Notes under the pieces: model-generated | What the model was told of the DNA's origin: nothing | Seen by the model: only the letters and a program-made list of their open reading frames with translations | The model's database searches: none | Shown: positions 29,517 through 39,041 of the stretch, one piece after another | Numbering within the stretch: the stretch's first letter is position 1 | How the letters are laid out: each line of letters begins with the position of its first letter | Source: Planctomycetota bacterium | Lineage (GTDB): Bacteria; Planctomycetota; PLA2; JAEUHO01 | Length of the DNA: 64,000 nt | Reading direction: 5' to 3' | Assembly (NCBI GenBank): GCA_965222115.1 | Contig: CBDCTJ010000007.1 | Location: 2,452,691 to 2,516,690, forward strand | Program-made: the position numbers and the translations under genes

Positions 29517-30956
29517 GTGTCGATGTACACAAAGAACGCCGAGTTCAAGGCCGGGGTCGTGGTCCTGCTTGCCATTCTTGGGTTCTTGGCCTTCCTGTAC
29601 TTCGCCGGTGGATCCGAGAGCCCGTGGCGCGACTACCGCTATGTGCAGTTGCGCTTTCAACCGGGTTTCCTCGCACCCCGTCCTGGCGATCCCGTTCAAA
29701 TGAATGGCGTTACGGTGGGGCGCGTTCACCATGTGAAGCAGCGGGAAGAGGTCCGTCGCAATGAGCAGTTGACGGTTGCCGATCGACGCAAGTTGGGCTT
29801 GAGGGCGGATGAGCCGGGCGAAGTGCGCGAAATGTATGTGCTGGCGACCGTAAAGATGCCCGCCGATCAGGTAATACCGCAGGGCTCGGCGGCACTGATC
29901 GATCAGAACATTGCGGGTGTGCGTCAACTGTCCCTTTTGCCGGGTGCCTCCACGGAAAACCTCACCGACGAACAGACCGCGTCGTCGCCGCTTCCGGCCA
30001 GCGAAGCGCCAGGCATCAAAGACGTCACCACCAATCTCAATGAACTGGTTGGCAAGTTGGACACGTTGGTGGTGAGTGCCGACGAAGTGTTGGTGGAGGC
30101 GCGCGACCTCATCGCGACCGTGCAGGAAAAGGTGGACGCGCTCGACACCGCCACAGTCAACGATGAAGTGAAGGTCATCGCCAAGGCGGTGCGCGAAGCC
30201 ATTGAGTCGTTGAAGGCTCGATTGGAGAGAATCGGTGCCAACATCGAAGAGGCGTCCGTTGATGCCAAGGCGATGACCAAGTCGGGCGTCGAGACGGTGG
30301 ACGCCATTCGCGATGGGTTGGACAAGAATCTCGCTTCCCTCGAAGGCGTTATCACTCGACTCGACAAGATTATTGCCAAGGCCGAACCGCAGGTCGATAG
30401 CTTTCTTGTGAGCATGAACAACATGTCGCGCGACATGGAATCGGCCGCTAAGAACTTCAAATCTTTGTCCACCGAGTTTGCTGGAATCGGGCCCGACGCG
30501 AGGCGCATACTCAATGATCTCGGCGTCGAGTTTGACGATGTAGTCAATACGTTGGGTGACATGGCGCGCAATCTGCTCGACGCCTCCGAGGATTTACGCG
30601 CCCGGCCCTGGCTGCTCACCAATAAGCCCGATCCGGGCGAGATCGCGTTCGACAACTTGCGCGCGGCGTCTCGCAACTACATGAAGGCGATGGCCGGTGC
30701 GCAACGTGCCATGGTCAAACTGAGTCAGTTGCTGGCGCGCCCCGATGTCCACGATCCGCGTGTGCGCGCCATGATTCACGCCGCCATGCAGAACTACCAG
30801 GCATCCCTGGAGAAGTACCGCCGCGACGAAGCGCGCTGGACTCGCCTTTTTGAGACGGCGCCCAAGGGCGAGGGTGCCCGTGTCCCCCCACGCAATCCGG
30901 CACGCAGTGCACACCCCGGAAATGCAAACCCCGGGAATGGCCAGCCGGGACGTTGA
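29517..30956 (+). CDS. mlaD: MCE-domain protein (MlaD/Mce family) with long C-terminal coiled-coil extension
   Basis: N-terminal TM (AGVVVLLAILGFLAFLYFAG) then MCE domain; ~300 aa of helical, coiled-coil-like C-terminal sequence; directly downstream of mlaE. Confidence 0.75.
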   Translation: MSMYTKNAEFKAGVVVLLAILGFLAFLYFAGGSESPWRDYRYVQLRFQPGFLAPRPGDPVQMNGVTVGRVHHVKQREEVRRNEQLTVADRRKLGLRADEPGEVREMYVLATVKMPADQVIPQGSAALIDQNIAGVRQLSLLPGASTENLTDEQTASSPLPASEAPGIKDVTTNLNELVGKLDTLVVSADEVLVEARDLIATVQEKVDALDTATVNDEVKVIAKAVREAIESLKARLERIGANIEEASVDAKAMTKSGVETVDAIRDGLDKNLASLEGVITRLDKIIAKAEPQVDSFLVSMNNMSRDMESAAKNFKSLSTEFAGIGPDARRILNDLGVEFDDVVNTLGDMARNLLDASEDLRARPWLLTNKPDPGEIAFDNLRAASRNYMKAMAGAQRAMVKLSQLLARPDVHDPRVRAMIHAAMQNYQASLEKYRRDEARWTRLFETAPKGEGARVPPRNPARSAHPGNANPGNGQPGR

Positions 30957-31135
30957 CTCGGATTCTCCCGAATCAGAACCATCGGACCCGAGACATCAGG
31001 ACGCGGCATCGATGATCGATTCGGCCGTGGTATCGGCGAGACGATTGTTGTGCATCTCGTACGGGGTTCTATGCTCCCAAGCCGATGAACGCCCTCACGA
31101 GGGTGCATCGATCCAACATCAACAAGGAGAGCGCA

Positions 31136-32068
31136 ATGCGCAAGGTAGGCATGATCGGCGGTGGCAATGTAGGTGCCACATGCGCGTATCAAATCGCATC
31201 CGCCGGAATGGCCGACGTGGCGATTTACGACATTTTGGAAGGCGTCCCCGCTGGCAAAGCGCTGGACATGTCGCAAGTTGGTCCGGTCTTCGGATTTGAC
31301 GGCGCGATCACCGGAAGCCACGACGTGTCCATCATTGAGGGCTCCGAAGTTGTGGTGGTAACGGCAGGCTTTCCTCGCAAGGCCGGCATGGATCGTATGG
31401 ACCTCCTGCGAAAAAACGTCGCGATTGCGCGCGCGAGCGGTGAAGCACTCAAGAAGTACGCACCCAACGCTGTGGTGATCGTGGTCACCAATCCACTTGA
31501 TGTCATGACGTGGGTCATTCAGCAGTCCAGCGGTTTTCCGGCCGAGCGTGTCATCGGCATGGCGGGCGTGCTCGATTCTTCCCGATTCTCAACATTCATT
31601 CGCATGGAACTTGGCGTGACGCCTAAGGATGTGAAAGCGATGGTGCTTGGTGGGCACGGCGACAGCATGGTTCCGCTTCCGCGGTTTAGTACCGTGAACG
31701 GTGTTCCGATCACCGAACTCATGTCGGCCGAGCGCATTGAGGCGCTTAGCGACCGCACGCGTAAGGGCGGCGCCGAGATCGTGAAGCTACTTGGTACGGG
31801 AAGTGCGTTTTATGCGCCTGGTGCCAGCGCGGCCATCATGGCCGAGGCCGTACTCAATGACAGCAAGCGCTTGCTTCCCTGCAGTTGTTGGCTCAGCGGT
31901 CAGTACGGCATCAACGACGTCTACCTCGGCGTGCCTGCCAAGCTCGGCAAGGGCGGCGTCGAGGAGATCATCGAACTCGACCTTCGTGACGACGAACTGA
32001 AGGCGCTCAAAGCATCGGCGGCAACAGTGGCCAAGGGCATTTCCGACGTTCAATCGTTGGATGCGTAG
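31136..32068 (+). CDS. mdh: malate dehydrogenase (LDH-like family)
   Basis: NAD-binding KVGMIGGGNVGATCA; VVVTAGFPRKAGMDRMDLL; IVVTNPLDVMT; AAGGAG SD upstream of ATG 31136. Confidence 0.9.
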   Translation: MRKVGMIGGGNVGATCAYQIASAGMADVAIYDILEGVPAGKALDMSQVGPVFGFDGAITGSHDVSIIEGSEVVVVTAGFPRKAGMDRMDLLRKNVAIARASGEALKKYAPNAVVIVVTNPLDVMTWVIQQSSGFPAERVIGMAGVLDSSRFSTFIRMELGVTPKDVKAMVLGGHGDSMVPLPRFSTVNGVPITELMSAERIEALSDRTRKGGAEIVKLLGTGSAFYAPGASAAIMAEAVLNDSKRLLPCSCWLSGQYGINDVYLGVPAKLGKGGVEEIIELDLRDDELKALKASAATVAKGISDVQSLDA

Positions 32069-32084
32069 CGAGAGTTTCTGAATC

Positions 32085-33110
32085 ATGATTCGTGCCGTCA
32101 TTCTCGGTGGGACCGGCTATGGCGGCATGGAACTGCTGCGCTACTTGCTGGGTCACGCAGACGTGGAGGTTGTGGCGCTCACGAGCCGAACCGACGAGCG
32201 TCCGGTCGGTGAGCGCTACCCACATTTGCGTGGGCTGACGGATCTTCACTTTACGAAGGAATCCGAAGGCGCACTTGAGACGTTGGCGGACGCATGCGAC
32301 GTCGTGTTTTCGGCCAAGCCACACGGCGTTGGTTGCCATGAATTGCCGGCGCTCTTAGCCGCAGCACCCGAAGTGCGCGTGATCGACCTCTCAGGCGACT
32401 TTCGACTTCGAGACGCGGCGCTGTATCCAACGTGGTACGACTACGAGCATCCGTACCCCGCATGGTTGAGCAAGTCGGTGTATGGCCTCGCCGAGTGTGG
32501 ACTGCGCGACGCGATTTCGCGCGCGCGACTGGTCGCCAATCCCGGGTGCCACGCAAGCGCAACGGTGTTGGCGCTTTGGCCCGCGGTGGACGCCGGGCTG
32601 GTGAAGGGGCGCGTATCGGTTGTGAGTGTGACAGGATCGTCCGGTTCGGGGAGTTCCCCCAAAGCGGGCACGCACCATCCCGAGCGGTTTTCCAACTTTA
32701 AGGCGTATCGTCCGCTCAAACATCAACACCTGCCCGAAGTCGTTCAAGCGTTGGGTGGCGATACTCCCGTTGACTTCGTTCCCCACTCGGCGCCGGTTGC
32801 GCGGGGCATACATGTGACGGCCTTTTTGCCGGTGGACAACGCGAATCTAGAGACCGTCATGTCGGCGTACGACGACCGCTACGCCGAGGAACCGTTCATG
32901 CGTTTACGTGAAGGCACGGTTGAGTTGCGCGCCTCCATGGGTACAAACTTCGTGGACATTGGCGTTACCGTGGCAGATGGCATTGCGGTGATTGCACTCG
33001 CGCAGGACAATCTCGGCAAGGGGATGGCCGGTTCAGCCGTGCAAAATATGAACATTATGTTCGGCCTTCCTGAAATGAGCGGCCTGGATCGCGGAGGACC
33101 TGGACTTTGA
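32085..33110 (+). CDS. argC: N-acetyl-gamma-glutamyl-phosphate reductase
   Basis: N-terminal Rossmann ILGGTGYGGMELLRYL; active-site Cys region LVANPGCHASATVLAL; arg operon context. Confidence 0.85.
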   Translation: MIRAVILGGTGYGGMELLRYLLGHADVEVVALTSRTDERPVGERYPHLRGLTDLHFTKESEGALETLADACDVVFSAKPHGVGCHELPALLAAAPEVRVIDLSGDFRLRDAALYPTWYDYEHPYPAWLSKSVYGLAECGLRDAISRARLVANPGCHASATVLALWPAVDAGLVKGRVSVVSVTGSSGSGSSPKAGTHHPERFSNFKAYRPLKHQHLPEVVQALGGDTPVDFVPHSAPVARGIHVTAFLPVDNANLETVMSAYDDRYAEEPFMRLREGTVELRASMGTNFVDIGVTVADGIAVIALAQDNLGKGMAGSAVQNMNIMFGLPEMSGLDRGGPGL

Positions 33111-34369
33111 CCGCGAAGACCAATGAACCGTTGAATCCAAACGAGTCTCTGGATCCAAGAGGGGCGCGCCAACAGTTGGAAGGCGCCATTGGCGCCCTTC
33201 CACAAGAAACGCCGGCCGTCACCGCCTTGGAAGATCGCTATCAAATAAAGACCTACGCCAAGTGGGGCTTGGCGCTTGCCGCAGGCAAAGGTGCGTGGGT
33301 GGAAGACGTCACAGGGCGACGATTCCTGGACTTGTACGGCGGGCACTGCGTGGCCCTCGTGGGGCATTGCCATCCCACCCTTGTTACCGCGGTGCAGGCC
33401 CAGTGCGAGCGGTTGATGTTTTATAGCAATGCGGTCTACAGCGATGTGCGCGCGGTTGCAGTGGAGCGACTCTGCCAGTTGGCACCGGAACCACTGCAGT
33501 CGGTGTTTCTTTGCAACTCAGGTGCCGAAGCCAATGAGACCGCCCTCAAGATGGCGCGTAAGTTTACGGGGCGCCGCAACGTCGTTTCCATGAACGAGAG
33601 CTTCCATGGACGCACGCTCGGGTGCCTTGGCGCTACCGGAATTGCCAAGTATCGCGATGCCGCGTACCCGATTCCGACCGAACATCGCTACATACCGCAC
33701 GGCGACATGGACGCGGCCAAAGCGGCGGTGGGCAACGACACGGCGGCAGTCATACTCGAACCGATTCCCTCCATGGGTGGCATTCAGTGCGCGCCCGATG
33801 GCTACCTGCCGGCCCTTCGTGCGCATTGCGATGCCGTCGGCGCGCTGCTGATCTTCGATGAAGTGCAAACGGGCTTTGGGCGCACCGGAACGATATTCTT
33901 TGGCGAACACGAGCACGTCGTGCCGGATCTGATTACGGGCGCCAAAGGACTTGCCGGTGGATTCCCGGCGGGCGTTACGTTTGTGCACGAACGCATCGCT
34001 CGCACAGTGAAGAACGGCGACCAGGGAACGACATTTGGTGGGGGCCCGCTTGCGAGTGCCGCGATCGCGGCTACCGCCACTTTGATTCGCACGTTGGATC
34101 TACCCAAGAATGCCGCACACGTTGGCAAACTCCTGTCCCGCGAGCTCAGCGCACTTGAGGGCGTTCAAGCCGTAACGGGTCGCGGTCTTCTGATCGGCAT
34201 CGATTTGAATCGGCCGGCCAAGGCCATCGCGTCGGCTCTCTTCGATGCGGGCATTCTTGTTGGCACGGCGGGAGGGCGTCTCAACCAACTGCGTCTCTTG
34301 CCTCCACTGACCCTGACAGAAGGCGAAGCCTCAATGTTGATTCCCGCACTTCGTGACGCCTTGGCGTAG
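33107..34369 (+). CDS. argD: acetylornithine aminotransferase (class III PLP aminotransferase)
   Basis: LIFDEVQTGFGRTG PLP-lysine region; class-III aminotransferase layout; within arg operon. Confidence 0.8.
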   Translation: MTAKTNEPLNPNESLDPRGARQQLEGAIGALPQETPAVTALEDRYQIKTYAKWGLALAAGKGAWVEDVTGRRFLDLYGGHCVALVGHCHPTLVTAVQAQCERLMFYSNAVYSDVRAVAVERLCQLAPEPLQSVFLCNSGAEANETALKMARKFTGRRNVVSMNESFHGRTLGCLGATGIAKYRDAAYPIPTEHRYIPHGDMDAAKAAVGNDTAAVILEPIPSMGGIQCAPDGYLPALRAHCDAVGALLIFDEVQTGFGRTGTIFFGEHEHVVPDLITGAKGLAGGFPAGVTFVHERIARTVKNGDQGTTFGGGPLASAAIAATATLIRTLDLPKNAAHVGKLLSRELSALEGVQAVTGRGLLIGIDLNRPAKAIASALFDAGILVGTAGGRLNQLRLLPPLTLTEGEASMLIPALRDALA

Positions 34370-34465
34370 AGTTTCGCCATGAGCTACCGTGCACACCGAC
34401 GACGACACAGGCGCTAAGCCACTATTTTTTTCCGTCCTGTCGTCGAATCTCCTTTGGTGTGAATC

Positions 34466-35509
34466 ATGAAGCCCGCTCCTGCCACGCTCCGGCACGTCCT
34501 AAACCTCTATGATATGGATTCAGCGCGCTGGAATCGCCTACTTGATCTCTCTGAGTGCATGGCGGGTCCACTGGGTCGCGTCCATCACTTGCGCGGTAAA
34601 CGTGTAGCGATGGTCTTTTTCAATGCGTCGCTACGAACGCGGACCGCACTGGAAGTTGCGTGCTTTGATTTAGGCGCGCACGCCATCAATCTCAACGTGG
34701 GCGGTGGTTTGTGGAGCCTCGAGCATCGCGATGACGTCGAGATGGATGGGCCGCACGCGGAGCATGTGCGTGAAGGTTTTGGTGTGCTTGGTTGCATGAC
34801 GGATGCCGTGGGCGTGCGCGTGTTCGCCTCGTTGACGGATGCCACGGAAGACGTGCGCGATCCCGCACTGAATGCCATTGCAGGCGCGTCCCCGGTACCC
34901 GTGCTCAATCTCGAGTCGGCCATGACCCATCCGCATCAGGGCTTGGCGGATGCGCTTACGGTGCGTCGCCGCTATCCCGGTGAACGTGTTCGTATCGCTC
35001 TCACGTGGGCACCTCACATCAAGCCACTCCCACTCGCTGTGGCTCAGTCTGCGCTCATGGCATTTGCTCGTGAAGGTCACGAGGTGGTAGTGGCTCATCC
35101 CAAAGGCTATGACCTCGCATCGAGCGCTGTGGAACACGCCAAGCGAATTGCAATGTCGTCGGGCGGAAGTGTGGCGGTTACGCATCAGCAAGACGAAGCA
35201 TTGAACGGTGCGCGCGTGGTCTATGCCAAGAGTTGGGGGTCGCCGCAGTTCTACGGCGACGTGGACGCTTCGAAGGCTTCGTTGAGATCGCACGCCGATT
35301 GGAAGGTGAATCGTTCCAAGATAGCACGGGGCCAAGATGCGGTATTCATGCACTGTCTACCCGTTCGCCGTGGCGTCGTTGTGGATGCCGATGTGCTCGA
35401 TAGCGAAGCGAGTGTTGTTTTGGCGCAAGCCGAAGCACGTTTGCATGTTCAGAAAGCAACCCTCATGGACATCTTTGGTGTGGACGTGGGTCGAGGCCAA
35501 ACGATATGA
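34466..35509 (+). CDS. argF: ornithine-carbamoyltransferase-family enzyme, possibly N-acetyl/N-succinyl-ornithine carbamoyltransferase
   Basis: Carbamoyl-phosphate binding SLRTR, HPHQ and HCLP motifs present; the canonical ornithine-binding DxxxSMG loop is not evident (VYAKSWGSP in the equivalent region). Confidence 0.7.
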   Translation: MKPAPATLRHVLNLYDMDSARWNRLLDLSECMAGPLGRVHHLRGKRVAMVFFNASLRTRTALEVACFDLGAHAINLNVGGGLWSLEHRDDVEMDGPHAEHVREGFGVLGCMTDAVGVRVFASLTDATEDVRDPALNAIAGASPVPVLNLESAMTHPHQGLADALTVRRRYPGERVRIALTWAPHIKPLPLAVAQSALMAFAREGHEVVVAHPKGYDLASSAVEHAKRIAMSSGGSVAVTHQQDEALNGARVVYAKSWGSPQFYGDVDASKASLRSHADWKVNRSKIARGQDAVFMHCLPVRRGVVVDADVLDSEASVVLAQAEARLHVQKATLMDIFGVDVGRGQTI

Positions 35510-36426
35510 AAGACATTGGTATTCTTCGCGAAGCGCTGCCTTACTTGCGCCGCCACCGACGTCAGACCGTCGTTGTCAAGCTCGGCGGTGAAATAGCGGC
35601 CAATCCGCAAGCCTTGGACATGTTGGCCAAGAGCATTTCGTTGCTCACGCATGTCAACATTCGCATCATTACCGTGCATGGCGGTGGTCCGCAGGCCACC
35701 AAGCTTTCGGAGAAGCTCGGGCTCGAAACCAAGATGGTGCAGGGGCGTCGAATCACGGACGCAGCCACACTCGAGGTAGCCAAGATGGCATTTGCGGGGC
35801 AGATCAATGTGGACATTCTCGGTGCCCTGCGCGTTGCTGGCGTGCGCGCCGTGGGCCTGTCGGGGATCGACGCCGACATACTCATGGCCAGGCGCCGTCC
35901 ACCTTCCGAGGTGCAAGACGTGGCTACGGGGCGTAAGGAGATTGTGGACTTTGGGCACGTGGGCGACATTGTGGAGGTGAACACCGAGTTGCTTTCCCTG
36001 TTGGTGGAGCACGGCTATGTCCCGGTGATTTCGTCGCTGGGTTGTGATGACGATGGCAACGCGCTGAACGTAAACGCCGATACCGTTGCAATGGAGATCG
36101 CGCGGGACCTGCGAGCAAGCAAGCTGATTTCGCTTACAGGCGTCCCTGGGCTCCTGAAAGACAAAGACGATCCCACCAGCGTGATTTCACGATTGAGTCT
36201 GAGTGAGGCACGCACGGCGCTCAGCGATGGAACGATCCAAGGCGGAATGATTCCCAAGGTGAAGACACTGATTGACGCCGTTGAAGGCGGCGTTCGCGCT
36301 GGCATCATATTGTCGGGCCTCGATCACGACGCGCTCCTCGCCGAACTGTTTACGGACCGTGGTGTGGGCACGTTGATCGAGCGAGATGTTGATGAGAAGT
36401 CCGCGAGCCTCGGAGCCCCCGCGTGA
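35506..36426 (+). CDS. argB: acetylglutamate kinase
   Basis: Amino-acid kinase fold: VVVKLGG, ITVHGGGPQ, NVNADTVAMEIA. Confidence 0.9.
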   Translation: MKDIGILREALPYLRRHRRQTVVVKLGGEIAANPQALDMLAKSISLLTHVNIRIITVHGGGPQATKLSEKLGLETKMVQGRRITDAATLEVAKMAFAGQINVDILGALRVAGVRAVGLSGIDADILMARRRPPSEVQDVATGRKEIVDFGHVGDIVEVNTELLSLLVEHGYVPVISSLGCDDDGNALNVNADTVAMEIARDLRASKLISLTGVPGLLKDKDDPTSVISRLSLSEARTALSDGTIQGGMIPKVKTLIDAVEGGVRAGIILSGLDHDALLAELFTDRGVGTLIERDVDEKSASLGAPA

Positions 36427-37493
36427 AGAACGTGACGGAACTACTTCAGGCGATCGTACGCATTCCCTCCGTTTCTGGGGAAGAGCACGCGTGCCGCGAC
36501 TTTCTCGTTGACTGGCTAAAAGACCAGGGCGTCAAGGCGTGGTCGTCGGGGCGTAATGTCTTGGCGACCGTGGAGGGCAAGCCATCCGCCCGTGATCGTG
36601 GCCTTCTATTGCTTACCCACATCGACGTGGTTCCTGTGGGGGATGGGTGGACACGAGATCCATGGGATGGCGCGCTTGAGGACGGATTCGTGTTCGGTCG
36701 TGGTTCCAACGACGCCAAGTCAAGCGCTGCGTCGATGGCGTGGGTCGCGGCTCATGTCGACCCGGCACACATTGAGGGCCGCTTGGTTGTTGCGCTGGTT
36801 TGCGATGAGGAAACGGGCGGCGAAGGCATTGAAGTGTGTCGCGACGAGTTGCCTGCGTTCCAAGCGAGTGTGGTGGGGGAACCTACGGAACTCGATGTAT
36901 GTCCGGGGCAACGTGGTTTGTTTCGCGCAACGATTGTTGAACGCGGCAAACAGTGTCATGCAAGTCGGCCTTGGGAGGGCGCCAACGCAATTGACATGGC
37001 TGCTCGCGATATTGCCGCCATACACGAAATGGACTTGGGTGCCGCCGACGATCTGTTGGGTCCGGCAACGCTTCAAGTGACGGTGATCCAAGGTGGTACG
37101 CGACCCAATGTGTTGCCGGGAGAATGCACATTGGAACTCGACGGTCGCCCGTCGCCCACGTTTGACAATCAGGCGATGGAGCGTGCATTGAACGAAATCG
37201 CGAAGGGTGACGTGACCATTCGCAGCAATCGCTTTTTTCCGGTGCGTACGGCCAATGATGAGGAAATCGTTCGTATTGCTGTTGAGTCAAGTCCCACGGG
37301 TAACGTCCGTGGGTTCGGCGGCGTGTCGGATCTCTTTCATGTGAGCCATCATCCCGGTGTCGTCATGGGCCCCGGCACCAGTGCGGCGAGTCATGCTGCC
37401 GATGAGTCGGTCGCCGTAGAACAGCTCGATAAGGCTGTCGTCGCATACGAAAGCATCGTTCGTGCATACTTGGCCCCGGGAGGGCGCGCATAG
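36423..37493 (+). CDS. argE: M20-family metallopeptidase, acetylornithine (or acetylcitrulline) deacetylase-like
   Basis: M20 metal-binding regions LLLLTHIDVVPVGDGW, GRGSNDAKSS, ALVCDEETGGEGIE; arg operon context; substrate not resolvable by eye. Confidence 0.6.
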   Translation: MKNVTELLQAIVRIPSVSGEEHACRDFLVDWLKDQGVKAWSSGRNVLATVEGKPSARDRGLLLLTHIDVVPVGDGWTRDPWDGALEDGFVFGRGSNDAKSSAASMAWVAAHVDPAHIEGRLVVALVCDEETGGEGIEVCRDELPAFQASVVGEPTELDVCPGQRGLFRATIVERGKQCHASRPWEGANAIDMAARDIAAIHEMDLGAADDLLGPATLQVTVIQGGTRPNVLPGECTLELDGRPSPTFDNQAMERALNEIAKGDVTIRSNRFFPVRTANDEEIVRIAVESSPTGNVRGFGGVSDLFHVSHHPGVVMGPGTSAASHAADESVAVEQLDKAVVAYESIVRAYLAPGGRA

Positions 37494-38920
37494 TGGCTGT
37501 CGAGCGATCAAAGAAACGATCAAAGAAACGATCGACGAAGAAGGGCGATCCCTTGCGAGGACGGTTTTCTGAACACACGGCCGAGGCGCTCGATCGCATC
37601 AATCGGTCCTACCCCATCGATCGTCGCCTCTGGCGCGAAGACATTGAGGGCTCGCTCGCTCATGCGCGCATGCTGGGTGCAAAGGGCATTTTGAGTCAGG
37701 CATCGGTGAAACGCATCGTGAAAGGCCTCCTAACGATTCACGGGGAGTTTGAAGCCCGTACGTTCAAGGCGTGTGCAACCGACGAGGACATTCACATGGC
37801 CGTCGAACGTCGCCTCGTCGAGTTGATTGGCGACGACGGTGCACGTCTCCATACGGGTCGCAGCCGCAACGATCAAGTGGCGACGGATTTGGAATTGTAC
37901 TGCGCGCGGGCTGCCAAGCGTATTCAGGACGGGATTCGCGACGTGCAGGCGGCATTGGTTTCCGCCGCGACGGACGTGGATGACGCACTGGTGCCGTTCT
38001 ATACCCATATGCAACGTGCCCAGCCCATCGTCATGGCTCACGTGTTGCTTGCCTACGTAGAAATGCTTCAGCGTGATACGGACGCGTGTGCGTATGACCT
38101 CAATGCGTGCCCACTCGGGTCCGGCGCCGGGGCGGGCACAACCTATCCAATCGACCGCGCCATGACCGCCAAAGCGCTCGGTTTCCGTGGACCGTCTCGC
38201 AACAGTCTTGTTGGCGTGTCGTCGCGGCAAAATCTTGCCCGGCTACTATCAGGCTTTGCCGCGACCGCTACGACGCTGTCGCGCCTGGGTGGCGACATCA
38301 TTTTATGGACGACGCGCGAGTTCGGTTTTGCTCGTCTTGGTGACGATGTGTCAACGGGCTCAAGCATCATGCCGCAAAAGCGCAATCCCGATGGCGCGGA
38401 GCTTCTGCGAGGCAAGGCATCGCGAGTGATTGGCGCACTTCAGCGCGTGTTTGAGATTCAACGCGGGTTGCCGATGGGGTACTTCAAAGATCTCCAAGAA
38501 GACAAAGCGGCGCTCTTTGATGCTGAAGACACATTGCTCGACATGTTGGCCGTGGCATCCGCGATGATGCGCAGCATCGACTTTGATCGAGTGCGCATGG
38601 AGGCCGCGGTAGCGGAACCATCGGGGTATCTCATGGCGACGGAAGCCGCGGACTACCTTGTGTCTCGCGGTGTGTCCTTTCGCGAAGCCCATGAAGCGGT
38701 TGGCGCCCTCGTTCGTCTGGCCGAGACTCGGGACGTAGGGCTGGAAGCGCTCGACATCGACGACTTTAGGCGGCTGCATAGGAAGTTTGATGACGAGGTA
38801 TTCACGGTATTGGATCCCTTGACCGCCGTTAGACGTCGTCGAGCGATTGGGGGACCCTCCCCAGCCAACGTGCGTCGCGAACTTGCTCGTTGGCGCAAAC
38901 GAATTGCCTCCTCCCACTAA
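37493..38920 (+). CDS. argH: argininosuccinate lyase
   Basis: Fumarate-lyase signature GSSIMPQKRNPDGAEL; LRGRFSE aligns with the canonical LWGGRF N-terminus; the track ORF adds a Lys-rich 20-aa leader (GTG overlapping argE stop); a TTG at the L of PLRGRF would give a canonical N-terminus. Confidence 0.9.
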   Translation: MAVERSKKRSKKRSTKKGDPLRGRFSEHTAEALDRINRSYPIDRRLWREDIEGSLAHARMLGAKGILSQASVKRIVKGLLTIHGEFEARTFKACATDEDIHMAVERRLVELIGDDGARLHTGRSRNDQVATDLELYCARAAKRIQDGIRDVQAALVSAATDVDDALVPFYTHMQRAQPIVMAHVLLAYVEMLQRDTDACAYDLNACPLGSGAGAGTTYPIDRAMTAKALGFRGPSRNSLVGVSSRQNLARLLSGFAATATTLSRLGGDIILWTTREFGFARLGDDVSTGSSIMPQKRNPDGAELLRGKASRVIGALQRVFEIQRGLPMGYFKDLQEDKAALFDAEDTLLDMLAVASAMMRSIDFDRVRMEAAVAEPSGYLMATEAADYLVSRGVSFREAHEAVGALVRLAETRDVGLEALDIDDFRRLHRKFDDEVFTVLDPLTAVRRRRAIGGPSPANVRRELARWRKRIASSH

Positions 38921-39041
38921 GCAGGGCCCTTGGACTCATCGACGCGCAATCGATAGGTCCTCGACGCGGACTCGACAATGACGGAGACGCCCTTCACCTC
39001 GTGCATCTTGGCGTACACTGGGGACTGGAGACGACGTCCCG

